The notes under the pieces were generated by a model, which made no database searches, was not told where the DNA came from, and was given only the letters and a program-made list of their open reading frames with translations. A stretch of DNA of 64,000 nucleotides from NCBI GenBank assembly GCA_049510745.1, contig JBEKYR010000007.1, positions 1 through 64,000 of the forward strand, read 5' to 3'. Shown here one piece after another: positions 20,248 to 29,800 of this stretch (position 1 is the first letter of the stretch; every line of letters starts with the position of its first letter). The position numbers were made by a program, and so were the translations under genes. The stretch comes from Verrucomicrobiota bacterium (GTDB lineage: Bacteria; Verrucomicrobiota; Verrucomicrobiia; Limisphaerales; Palsa-1400).

Positions 20248-21947
20248 GGGGTGGCGGCGCAGGAAGCCGGAGCGGGCGCGGCCGATTCAACGGCGCCGGA
20301 ATCCGCCTCGGCCTGGAGGAGCAATTGCCGGCGGGCGGGGCGGAGATGGAAGATTTTGAAAATGGAGACGAAGATGATGCCGAAGGAGGTCGAGGAATAG
20401 GCGGCCATCAGGCTGGGTTGGATGATGCCCAGCGAAACTAGGATGAGCGAGACGATGGTGCCGCAGAAGCCCAGGTAGAGGCCGGCGTCAAACAAATGGT
20501 CCTCGTTCTCCAGGAGTTTGAGCCGGATGCGCGGCGCCACCTTTTGGCGGCGGACTTCCGCCAGCTTGAACAGGCAGGCGGTGTAAATGAGCGCCTGCAA
20601 CACGAAGAACAGAAGCAGGGTCAGCAGACTTGGTGCATTCATAAGTTTCGGCATGGCGTTGGGCGTTGCGATCGCAGCCGCGCTGCCCACCCCGGGCAAG
20701 CGCAGCCGAAGGGCAAACTCCGCCTTCTGGCTGTCCTGGGCGAGAAACGGCTCGCTCAGAAGCAGGACCACGAGCAAAAAGCCCAACGCAAATAGCATCT
20801 CGCGGAACACGTGAAATCCGCGCACCCGCAACGGTTCCTCGATCCCCGGCGCCGCCCGGACCACGCGCAGCGCGGCGGCAATCAGGAATCCGCCTGACAG
20901 GTAAAAGAACCATTTAACTGTTAACGCGATCCATGGAACGCGCAAGGCATAATCGGCGGCCGCGCGGAAAAAGAATCCAAACGGCGCGCCCGCGGCCGCC
21001 TGCCCGCGCAAGTTCGAGGTGTAAATCCGTTGGTTGCGCCGGAGCAGTTCGTCCAGCGCGCCGGCGCCATGGCGCAGGCTCTTTCCCAGATCGGCCAGGC
21101 CGCTTTGGCTGAAGGTGTCAAGGTAGGCGGCCACCGCGGCGGGTTTCTGCGAAAGTTCCACCGCGGCAAAGAGCAAGGGCGCCTGCGCGGCGGCGTTGCG
21201 CGCCTGGACCGTCAGCCGATCCAGCGTCTGCGGGTCCTCAATGCGGCGGACAAAGACTGTCAACTGTTCCCAATTGAGCCGTTGTCCGAGCGACATCATG
21301 TCCATGAGCACTTCTTCCAGCGGTTCGGGGTCGGCGCCGCGATTGGCGGCGGCGGCGCGGCCCAGAACGGCTTCGCGCAATCCGGGCGCCAGAGAGTTCT
21401 CCTCCAGCAACAGCCCGCAGACCGAGAGGGCCGCGTCGAGGGCCTGGCCGGAAGCCGAAGAGGAAGGCGGAAATAACACGGTATTGGTGAGATCGCGGCA
21501 GCGCAGCAGTTCCCGCGCGGGGGGCGATGGGGCGGCTTGCAAGAATTCCAGCGCCCGATCGCGATTTTCGAGGCGAATGGCCCATTCTGTAATCACCTGA
21601 GAAGAGCTGGAATTTGCGGCGGGGCCGTTATTGAGAAGCTTCTCAATCCGGGCGGAGCCGGGAGTGGGCGCGGGCTGGCGGCCAATGGCCAGCGAAAGTC
21701 GATCCACGCCCGGAAGATGCTCACTTTGAGCCGCCTGCAAGAGCAATTGAGCGGCGCCCGACTGGCCCTCTGCGGCGAGGGCCAAACCATGATCGACCAG
21801 GGAAGGCGACGCTGCACCAGCCCGTTGGATGACCGCGAGATCGACGGCGCGCAAATAAATGGGCATGAGCCAGCCGCACAGCAGCAGCAGAGCCGCTCCG
21901 GCGATGCAGGCCGCAAACCATAGCCACCGGCCCCGAGTAGTATTCAT
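20244..21947 (-). CDS. Membrane protein with a C-terminal MotA/TolQ/ExbB-like channel region
   Basis: Last helices LYLGFCGTIVSL and MAAYSSTSFGI resemble LGLLGTV and ALxTTAxGL; ATGA overlap with the next gene. Confidence 0.65.
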   Translation of the reverse strand: MNTTRGRWLWFAACIAGAALLLLCGWLMPIYLRAVDLAVIQRAGAASPSLVDHGLALAAEGQSGAAQLLLQAAQSEHLPGVDRLSLAIGRQPAPTPGSARIEKLLNNGPAANSSSSQVITEWAIRLENRDRALEFLQAAPSPPARELLRCRDLTNTVLFPPSSSASGQALDAALSVCGLLLEENSLAPGLREAVLGRAAAANRGADPEPLEEVLMDMMSLGQRLNWEQLTVFVRRIEDPQTLDRLTVQARNAAAQAPLLFAAVELSQKPAAVAAYLDTFSQSGLADLGKSLRHGAGALDELLRRNQRIYTSNLRGQAAAGAPFGFFFRAAADYALRVPWIALTVKWFFYLSGGFLIAAALRVVRAAPGIEEPLRVRGFHVFREMLFALGFLLVVLLLSEPFLAQDSQKAEFALRLRLPGVGSAAAIATPNAMPKLMNAPSLLTLLLFFVLQALIYTACLFKLAEVRRQKVAPRIRLKLLENEDHLFDAGLYLGFCGTIVSLILVSLGIIQPSLMAAYSSTSFGIIFVSIFKIFHLRPARRQLLLQAEADSGAVESAAPAPASCAATP

Positions 21948-22224
21948 GCGGATATCTTCGTCGCGTTCCTCCAGACTACGCGGGATTGGACGTCCGGTTG
22001 AGTCAGGTTGTTCAAGCCGTGGGCTACAATCGTGATGAAATGGCACGCCCCGGCGTTTCTTCAAAGCCGGTGAAAAGCTGAAAGCAGTGGGCTGGGAGAA
22101 TCCTCCTCCGTCTGCGGGAGTTTCGTCTGCGGGAGTTTCTGCTCCGGGTTAGGATCGAGAACGTAAGTTGGGTCGTTATTTGGGATATTCTCCAGTGTTA
22201 AGCAGCTTCCAGGATTTCCAGCAC

Positions 22225-22545
22225 TCATCCGCGGCGGGCAATTCTGAGCCATTCGAGAAGCCCGTCCTCGATGCTCCGTATCTGCGGCTCGGTCATCCGG
22301 CCGAGCAGTTTCAACGCCCGAGCTCTCGGCACCGTGGCGGGACTCTGCACCAGGAAAGCGCCGGGCTTGAGGAATGGCAGCGGAATGTCGATCTCAAATC
22401 GAGAACCACGAAGCGTCGTCGTATGGGGAATCACCGTAATAATATCACGGTCGTTTGCCTCGCAAGGACCGCTGAAAACCAATGCGGGCCGGACTTTTTC
22501 CACCATGCCGAGGTCCACCAACCAAACCTCACCGCGACCCGGCAC
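22225..22545 (-). CDS. MazF/PemK family toxin
   Basis: RGEVWLVDLG..KVRPALV, TVIPHTT; GTG start behind a GAGGAG SD. Confidence 0.9.
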   Translation of the reverse strand: MPGRGEVWLVDLGMVEKVRPALVFSGPCEANDRDIITVIPHTTTLRGSRFEIDIPLPFLKPGAFLVQSPATVPRARALKLLGRMTEPQIRSIEDGLLEWLRIARRG

Positions 22546-22750
22546 GTTTCTCCTCCTCGTCCAGCATCTGGAAAGTGACGCGCGCGCTTTGCTCAATGTC
22601 TTGGTCCGTCAACGGCTCGCCATAAAGCTCCCCGGAAACAGGCGCAGGAATCTGTCCGATACTCTGCACCAACTCCCGCAACAGCGCGTGTTGATCGCTG
22701 ATGGGCAACGCGCGAATTTGATCCAGCACAAGCTGTGCTTTGGTGCTCAT
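22529..22750 (-). CDS. Putative antitoxin of the MazF/PemK toxin
   Basis: 73-aa ORF with an acidic C-terminus overlapping the toxin start. Confidence 0.7.
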   Translation of the reverse strand: MSTKAQLVLDQIRALPISDQHALLRELVQSIGQIPAPVSGELYGEPLTDQDIEQSARVTFQMLDEEEKRAGSR

Positions 22751-22828
22751 GCGTTGAAAACTTACCCTCTCGGCCTAAAGAGCGCAAGCGGGACTTGGCG
22801 CGGGCGGCGGGTTGATGTAGGTTTGGGC

Positions 22829-23164
22829 ATGGCCAATCTGGCAGAGAGAGAATGCGTGCCCTGCAAAGGGGGCGTCCCGCCGCTGCAGGGCGAGGACCTG
22901 GTCCGGCTGAGCCAACAATTGGGGGAAGGCTGGCGGGTCGTCAACGAACATCACCTCGAACGGGATTTCACGTTCGACGACTTCCGCCAGGCCCTCGATT
23001 TCACCAACCGCGTCGGCGCGCTGGCCGAGGCGCAGCAGCATCATCCGGATATTTACCTGGCTTGGGGAAAGGTCAAACTGACGCTGTGGACGCACAAGAT
23101 TGACGGTTTGACGGAAAGCGATTTTGTTTTCGCGGCCAAGGTCAATACGCTGGCGGCGGGCTGA
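22829..23164 (+). CDS. phhB: Pterin-4-alpha-carbinolamine dehydratase
   Basis: CVPCKGG, AEAQQHHPDI, WTHKIDGLTESDF. Confidence 0.92.
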   Translation: MANLAERECVPCKGGVPPLQGEDLVRLSQQLGEGWRVVNEHHLERDFTFDDFRQALDFTNRVGALAEAQQHHPDIYLAWGKVKLTLWTHKIDGLTESDFVFAAKVNTLAAG

Positions 23165-23189
23165 ACGGGAAGCCGGAGCGGCCCCGCTG

Positions 23190-23543
23190 TTATTCGGCTC
23201 TGGCTTCGTCCCCGACGTTGGCGTCGCCCTCGACCAAATCGGCGACGGTGTCGTTGTCGCGCTCCGGCCCGGTGATTTTGACCTCGCCGATCTTGAGGCC
23301 GCGGTGGTCGATATGCAAATGCTGGCCGGGCCGCGGGATGGGGCCGAGAGGAAAACTGATGATGACGAAGCGGGCTTCGGCATTGACCATGGCCACCCGC
23401 CCGACCGGCCTGAAATCCGGCGTGATAATGGTTTCGGGCGGCTTGGCCTGAGGGGGCGAAGGCGCAATGGGCGCGGGCGGTTTATGGAGGGCGCAACCCG
23501 CCCCCAAAAACACCGCGCACAGCAATCCGGCCAAAACTCGCAT
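23190..23543 (-). CDS. Hypothetical lipoprotein
   Basis: Lipobox-like FLGAGC after a hydrophobic stretch, Pro-rich linker, small beta-rich domain. Confidence 0.75.
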   Translation of the reverse strand: MRVLAGLLCAVFLGAGCALHKPPAPIAPSPPQAKPPETIITPDFRPVGRVAMVNAEARFVIISFPLGPIPRPGQHLHIDHRGLKIGEVKITGPERDNDTVADLVEGDANVGDEARAE

Positions 23544-23652
23544 GGCATGAGTTAAGTCGTCCGCGGTGGAATCGTCAAGCGGCGGCGGGGTGGCGGTTTT
23601 TTGGATAAAGGCGCGGCCTTGATTCCGCCGTGGACTTCGGTAAGCTTGCGCC

Positions 23653-23970
23653 GTGAAAGCAAGGATTGAAAAGGCGCCGCATATTCGCCTGGACGAACAA
23701 GGACGGCCGTGGGTGGAAGACACCAATGTCAAGGTGATTGAGGTGGTGCTGGACCACCTGGCCTACGGCTGGGATGCTGAGACGATCCAGGAGAATCATC
23801 CACACCTCTCGCTGGCCCAAGTTTATGCCGCGCTCGGATGGTATTACGACCACCAAATCGCAATGGACGCCGAGATTGAGCATCAAGAAGAGCGCATCCG
23901 CGCCCTGCGCGCCGCCAGCCAACCGTCCGCGCTCCAGCATCGTCTGGCCACCAAGGGCCGGGTCGGATGA
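23653..23970 (+). CDS. DUF433 family antitoxin
   Basis: GRPWVEDTNVKV...HPHLSLAQVYAALGWYYDH. Confidence 0.88.
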   Translation: MKARIEKAPHIRLDEQGRPWVEDTNVKVIEVVLDHLAYGWDAETIQENHPHLSLAQVYAALGWYYDHQIAMDAEIEHQEERIRALRAASQPSALQHRLATKGRVG

Positions 23971-24308
23971 GCCTGGGCCTGTATATGGACGTGCATGTGC
24001 CGCGACCAATCACACGAGGCTTGCGCCGGCGGGGCGTGGATGTCCTGACAGCGCAAGACGATGGAATGGCGCGATCAACTGACCCCGTCGTCCTCGAGCG
24101 CGCCCGCCAGTTGGGCCGAATTCTGTTCAGCCAGGACGAGGACTTGGTGGTCGAGGCCGTGCGCTGCCAACGGACAGGCCAACCGTTCGCCACCGTGGTC
24201 TTCGCCCCACAGATGGACCTCTCGATTGGCCGATGCATTTCCGACCTCGAGACCCTCGCCAAGTCCGCGCTGGCGGAAGATGCCGAGGGTCAAGTCATCT
24301 TTCTCTGA
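23967..24308 (+). CDS. DUF5615 PIN-like toxin
   Basis: LYMDVHVP, LRRRGVDV, D..VLERA..GRILFSQDED; ATGA overlap with DUF433. Confidence 0.88.
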   Translation: MSLGLYMDVHVPRPITRGLRRRGVDVLTAQDDGMARSTDPVVLERARQLGRILFSQDEDLVVEAVRCQRTGQPFATVVFAPQMDLSIGRCISDLETLAKSALAEDAEGQVIFL

Positions 24309-24381
24309 AGCGCTGTGGCGCGGTCTTCGAAACCAGAAAAGTCGTTACGCTGCCGCGGCAGAAGATCCCGTCCCCCTGCGG

Positions 24382-25167
24382 CTATGGCGCGCGGCGGCGG
24401 GCCGCCGTGTTGCGCCAGTGGTGAAGTTTTTTCTCGATGGCTTCCTGGCGGCGGTCCCACTCTTGCCAGGCGATCTGCCATTGCGGGCCGGAGAACTGCT
24501 TTTGCGCGGCCGGGAGGAGTTGGCACAGGGCGTCGTCTTCACGGGCCGCGGCGGCCAGTTGATCCCATTTGAGGTGCGTTTCGATGAGATCGAGATGGTT
24601 ATCGGGATACTCCGGGGCCAGTTCCACGGCGCGTTGGGCGTGCTCCTCGGCGCTGGCGCGATGGCCAATGCTCAAGGGAGGGTGGGGCGCGTCGCGATAG
24701 AGCAAGCCCAGGCTGCGATCCGGGCCGGCGAAATCGAAATGCGCGTCCAGGTCCCGCGCGGTCTTCCAGGCTTTTTCCATTTCTTTGACCAGGGACAGCC
24801 CTCCCAGCTTTTTCGTGCGGGCCAGTTCGGCCTGGTTCAGGCCCAAGTAGTAATAGGCCGCCGCCAGATTCGGGCTGCGCGGCAACAGTTTTTCGCAGAC
24901 GGCGATGCCCTCTTTGGCAACCGCGGCGCGTTCGGAGTCTTTGCCGGCCCATTCCGCGCGGTTAAAACAGGCGCGGGCGAATTGCCAGGCCGCCTCGTCG
25001 TCGGCGGAATTGGTCTGATAGCGGTCCTTGGCGGCGTCGTAGGCTTGCTCGGCGGCGATCCGGCCCGGCGGCACGGCCGCCTGCGGGGCGGCCCGTGCGT
25101 CCGGCGCAAGCCAGAGCAAGGCGAGGAACAGGACCGTCCCGGAAAGGCTGTTATTGCGGCGCGCCAT
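24382..25167 (-). CDS. Exported TPR-like protein
   Basis: Signal peptide, helical repeats (AAAYYYLGLN, RSLGLLYRDAP, AVELAPEYPDN). Confidence 0.75.
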   Translation of the reverse strand: MARRNNSLSGTVLFLALLWLAPDARAAPQAAVPPGRIAAEQAYDAAKDRYQTNSADDEAAWQFARACFNRAEWAGKDSERAAVAKEGIAVCEKLLPRSPNLAAAYYYLGLNQAELARTKKLGGLSLVKEMEKAWKTARDLDAHFDFAGPDRSLGLLYRDAPHPPLSIGHRASAEEHAQRAVELAPEYPDNHLDLIETHLKWDQLAAAAREDDALCQLLPAAQKQFSGPQWQIAWQEWDRRQEAIEKKLHHWRNTAARRRAP

Positions 25168-25430
25168 GAGGAGTTAAGAAAGCCCGCAAGCCGGGCGAGT
25201 GGCGGGGCGGAATCATTTTTCCATTCTGATGGGTGTCCATAGTCGTGCGGAGGCATGATTAGCGGAAGGGCGGCGTCGTGGCGAGGAAATGTTGAGGAGG
25301 TTCCTGTTCGGTTTCCAGGGGTTCGAGCCTCCTGCTCCCGGCACCGCAGTTCGCCAGCCCGGCTTTCTGCGCCGGACTTTCGCTCGTGCGGTGCAGCGGA
25401 AAAAGCGGCCAGAGAAAACACCCCTTTACA

Positions 25431-25484
25431 GGCCATGATGTGATACGTTGCCCCTGGATATTCGATGCGCAATGGTCCGGCCAT
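25431..25484 (-). pseudogene. N-terminal remnant (18 codons) of a REP-associated tyrosine transposase
   Basis: MAGPLRIEYPGATYHIMA matches the typical MARPLRIEYPGAxYHV start, then similarity ends; hairpin GCACCGCA...TGCGGTGC at about 25340-25394. Confidence 0.65.
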
Positions 25485-25563
25485 AACGCCTCCCCAGCAT
25501 CACCCTCGCCGCCCACTTCGTCAACCTTCAATACCAACTTCCTAGGACTGACCCTCCGGCCTT

Positions 25564-26361
25564 TTACGGCAAGTGCAAACGGAAGAAAGTGCTCGTTGGA
25601 TGCAGTGGGAGCGTGACGGAATAGTTGGCGCCGCTGATGGCGGGGACGTTGGTGACGTTGCTCCACAAGCCCAGCGCGAGGTTGGTGGTTTGCGCCGGGG
25701 TGAAACCCGGCGAGTTGGTGGGCCATTGAATCGTGACGGCACCGGGACCGGAGGTGACGCTCAAGGCGGGTTGGGGGACAAAGGAGAACGAGCCGGCGCT
25801 CTGGGCGCCATCGAAGGCGACGATCGTGCCCGCCGTCCCGGCGCCTTGCAGCACCGGACTGGCGGGTTGCAGGTAGCTGAAGGACATATACGTGATGGAG
25901 CTCAACGTGCCGAGCGAAGCCGATTGGAGGTCGGACAGGGTGGTGGGTTCGTCGGGCAGCCCGCCAAAAGGAAAGTTGGCGGAGGTATCGAAGGTAGTCC
26001 ACGACCCGCTGGGGATGAGACTTGCGGCCAAGGATTGCGGCAGCGAGATGGCGACATTGGTGGCCGTGGCATTGGTGAAGACCGCCATTAGGGTCAAGTA
26101 ACTGGCGCCGTAGGCGTTGCCGCTAATGACTCCCGCAATCTGGCTGCCGGGACCGAAGGTCTGGCCGTTGGTCGAGACGGCCGTGACGAACGAGAACATC
26201 TCGGAGGGAACCGTGTCAACGATGAAAATGTTGGACAAGGTAAAACCGGGGCCGACCGTGAATTCGTAGGCGAAATTCGGCGTTTGGGCGAAGGCCGACA
26301 GGCCGAGGGCCGCCGGCAGCGCGCACAAGGTGAGACGTTTGAGGAAGACATTTGTTTTCAT
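25564..26361 (-). CDS. Secreted hypothetical protein with a conserved C-terminal domain
   Basis: Signal peptide ending AFA-Q; C-terminus TTNLALGLW...TFFRLHLP. Confidence 0.8.
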   Translation of the reverse strand: MKTNVFLKRLTLCALPAALGLSAFAQTPNFAYEFTVGPGFTLSNIFIVDTVPSEMFSFVTAVSTNGQTFGPGSQIAGVISGNAYGASYLTLMAVFTNATATNVAISLPQSLAASLIPSGSWTTFDTSANFPFGGLPDEPTTLSDLQSASLGTLSSITYMSFSYLQPASPVLQGAGTAGTIVAFDGAQSAGSFSFVPQPALSVTSGPGAVTIQWPTNSPGFTPAQTTNLALGLWSNVTNVPAISGANYSVTLPLHPTSTFFRLHLP

Positions 26362-26479
26362 AAGTTGATTTACCTGGTTAATGGTTTCGCATTAAGAACA
26401 GGCTAAGGTATTTCAGAAGGCATTTTTTCACACTTTTTCGGGCTGTTGCAAGTTTTTTTTGACAAATTTACCAGGATGT

Positions 26480-26659
26480 TTTGGGCGAAATGAGGCCAAT
26501 CCCTTGGACTGTGATTTAGCCGTCGCTGACGAGAGTTCTATGATTGACATAGTTCTCATGGCCAACCTGCTCCGCGCCCTCCCTCCGAAGGGCAGCCTGC
26601 TCTTGGTGGGCGACATTGAGCAATTGCCTTCCGTGGGACCTGGGATGGTGTTGCGGCAT
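26480..26659 (+). pseudogene. Internal fragment of a RecD2-like SF1 helicase
   Basis: [17 protein letters not shown] (motif II) and [16 protein letters not shown] (motif III); only about 60 aa. Confidence 0.85.
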
Positions 26660-26680
26660 GTGTCCGGAGGGCAAGACCCG

Positions 26681-26701
26681 GATTATGATTACGATTACGA
26701 T
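26681..26701 (+). repeat. GATTAY hexamer tandem repeat
   Basis: GATTAT-GATTAC-GATTAC-GAT just after the RecD fragment. Confidence 0.7.
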
Positions 26702-26811
26702 CAAGAGGGGCTGGCCAAAAAAATGAAATGAACCCGCGGCCGGTTGTGGCCGAAGAACTGTCTGGCGCGGCAGGGCGGTTTTTGTATGATGACCGGGTAT
26801 CGAACCGTTTT

Positions 26812-29800
26812 ATGAAGATCAAATCATTTGCCATCACGTCCGCGCTGGTGTTCACGGCCCTGTTCGCCCTGGAGCGGCCGGCGGGCGCTGAAACCAACCG
26901 CTACGCCGGAGCCAATTGGGCTTTTGTCGATACCGGGAAAGTCCTGGCGGCGGCCGCCGACATCACCCTGGCGAAATACCCGGATTGCGACGAGGCGACA
27001 GTCGAGAAGAAAATGACGCGGGTCTATCGCGCCGACGGCACGGGGGAATGCCAGGACGAAGCGTTTGTCAAGGTGCTGACGGAAAAGGGCAAGCGCAACA
27101 ATCGCACGCTGTCGATGAGCTTCATGCTGCCGTATTCGACGGTGGAGGTGGTCAGGCTGGAGGTGGTCCACACCAATGGGGAAACGACGCCGGTGGACGT
27201 GGCGGCCAACTCCAAGGAGGCGATCGATGACAGCCAGATGGGGATGAACATTTACGACCCGAACATGCGGGTTTTGCGGGTGAACCTGCCGAAGGTCGAG
27301 ATCGGGGACGTGGTCCACTCGGTCACGCGAGAGACGATCGAGCGGGCCTACATTCCGGGCCAATTCGCCGAAGAGAGCGTTTTTGAAGGGCCGGGTTACA
27401 TCCGGCACACGTCCTACGAGGTGCGCGCGCCGCGGGAAAGGCCGCTGGTCCGCGTGGCGCTGCGGGACGAGGTTTCCGGCACAGTCAAGTACACCAATGA
27501 GCCGGACGCGGACGGCGGGGTCATCCACCACTGGGAGGTCAACGATGTGCCGCGCATGTTCGACGAACCGGCCATGCCCCCTTACGAAATGGTCCTGCAA
27601 CGGCTCCTGGTCAGCACGACGCCGGATTGGCAGGCGGTCTCGAAATGGTACTGGGACCTGAGCAAGCCGCACCTCGACGCCACCACGCCGGAGATGCAGA
27701 AGACGGTGGACACGGTGACGGCGGGCGCGACGGACGAAACGGCGCGAATCAAGGCCGTCTTTTATCACGTCTCGAAAAAAATCCGTTACATGGGATTGAC
27801 GCCGGAGAAGGATCGTCCGGGGTTCGAGCCGCATGACGTGGAAATTACGTTCGGCAAGAAGTACGGCGTTTGCCGGGACAAGGCGGCGCTGCTGGTGTCG
27901 ATGCTGCGGGAGGCGGGGTTGAAGGCCTATCCGGTGCTCATCAGCGTGGGCGCGCGGCGGGACGCGGAGGTGCCCGATCCGTTTTTCAACCACGCCATCG
28001 TCGGGGTGGAAACGCAGCCGGGGAAGTATGTGCTGATGGACCCGACCGACGAGAACACGCGGGAATTGCTGCCGACGGGCGACTGCGACCAGAGCTACCT
28101 GGTGTGCAAGCCCGAGGGCGAGAACCTCAAGGTCAGCCCGATCCAGCCGCCGGAAGACCACTTGATCCGCATCAAAACGACCGGGGTGCTGACGACGGCG
28201 GGGACGCTGGAGGCGAAATCGGAAGTGCTCTTCGAGGGGGTCAATGACGACGAATATCGGAACGCGTTTGCCCACATGAAACCGGACGACAAGCGGCGGT
28301 TTTTTGAACGCAGCCTCAAGCAAACGATGCCGGGGGCGCGGTTGAAAAGCCTGAAACTGACGCCGGAGGACATGCTGGACATGTCGTCGGAGGTGCGGGC
28401 GGAGTTGGACTATTCCGTCGATGGCATGACGGCCAGCGGCAGCGGCAAATCGGTGGTGAGCCTGCCGTGGATTGGCAAGGGGCTGGGCGTGGTGAATTTC
28501 ATCCTCGGCGGGACCGGTTTGGAAAAGAGAAAATACCCGATGCGGACGTATGTCGCCTGCGGGTTGGAGGAGGCGATCTCGCTCAAATTATCGGGCGGCT
28601 TTGGCGCGGCGGTGTCGCTGCCGTCGTGTTCGCCGATTGAAGACAATTGCATCAGCTATCAGCAAACGTGCGAGGCGCGGGACGGTTCGCTCAACGGCGC
28701 GCGGGAGTTGAAGTTGAAAGTCGTGGAGTTCACCCCCGAACAGTATCTCAAACTCAAGCAGACGTTGAAATCGCTGGAGTACGACCAGCGGAAAGCGCCG
28801 GTGATGACGGTGCCGGAGACGGAGACGGCCGGGGCCGAACCGAAGGCGGCAGAGGGCGCGGACACGCCGGTGGAATCGAACGCGAGGATTTTGCGGAGTC
28901 ACAAGGAACTGGAAGTCACCGACGCGCACTCGTCGGTCTATAAGGTCAGGTATTCCAAGCGCATTCTCAATTACGCGGGGAAGATTCGGGAGGCGGAGGT
29001 GAAAATCAGTTACAATCCCGCCTGTCAGGAGGCGAAATTCATCCGGGGCGAGGTGGTCTCGAAAACAGGCGAACGCCAGGAAATCGCCACCAACGAAATG
29101 AACGTGATGGACGCGGGCTGGAATGCCTCGGCCAAGCGTTACACGGGCGAGAAGATACTGGTCGCCAACCTGCCGGGAGTGGACATCGGCTCGACCATCG
29201 ACGTGGAATTTGCCATCACCAACAAGGGGTTGCCGTTCGTGGCGGGCTATGAATCGTTCCAGTTGCCCGATGAGATGGAGGAGAAAACGTTTGAACTGGC
29301 CGCGCCCGCGAACCTGAAGATTTACGAGATGGTCAGCGGCCCGCCGGGCGTGATCCAGGAGCAGGACAGCGACAACGGCCAGCGGCAGGCCTTTCAATGG
29401 CGGTGCGGCCACGTCCAGGCGCTGCCCGCCGAAACGCAACTGCCGCCGGAATGGGCCTACAACGCCGGGGTGACGTACTTCGCCGGCGAGATGAAATCAT
29501 ACTTGACGGAGTTGAACGACACCGTGCTGCAACGCTCGGCGCAACGCGAGCGGGCGGCGGAAAAGGCGCGGCAGTTGGCCGGGGCGGCCAAAAGCAAACT
29601 GGAGGCGGTCAAGGCCATTCGCGATTTTGTGGCGAAATCCATCCGCCTGGCCGGGCCTTCGTTCACCGAATTGCCGTTGAGCGAACTCTCGGCGGCCGAC
29701 ACGACGCTGGGGGACGGTTACGGGCACGCGGCTGATCGGGCGATATTGTTGCACGCGATGTTGACGGCGGCCGGATTCCAGTCGGAATTTGTCCTGGCAT

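Noticed and set aside
18829..21947. Zorya (ZorAB) assignment
   Set aside because: No OmpA-like domain in the second protein, no long cytoplasmic tail on the first and no ZorC/D/E; kept only as a generic motor-like pair.
22061..22252. 63-aa ORF with a 15-bp tandem duplication (KLPQT twice)
   Set aside because: No recognisable family, overlaps the toxin end; probably spurious or a remnant.
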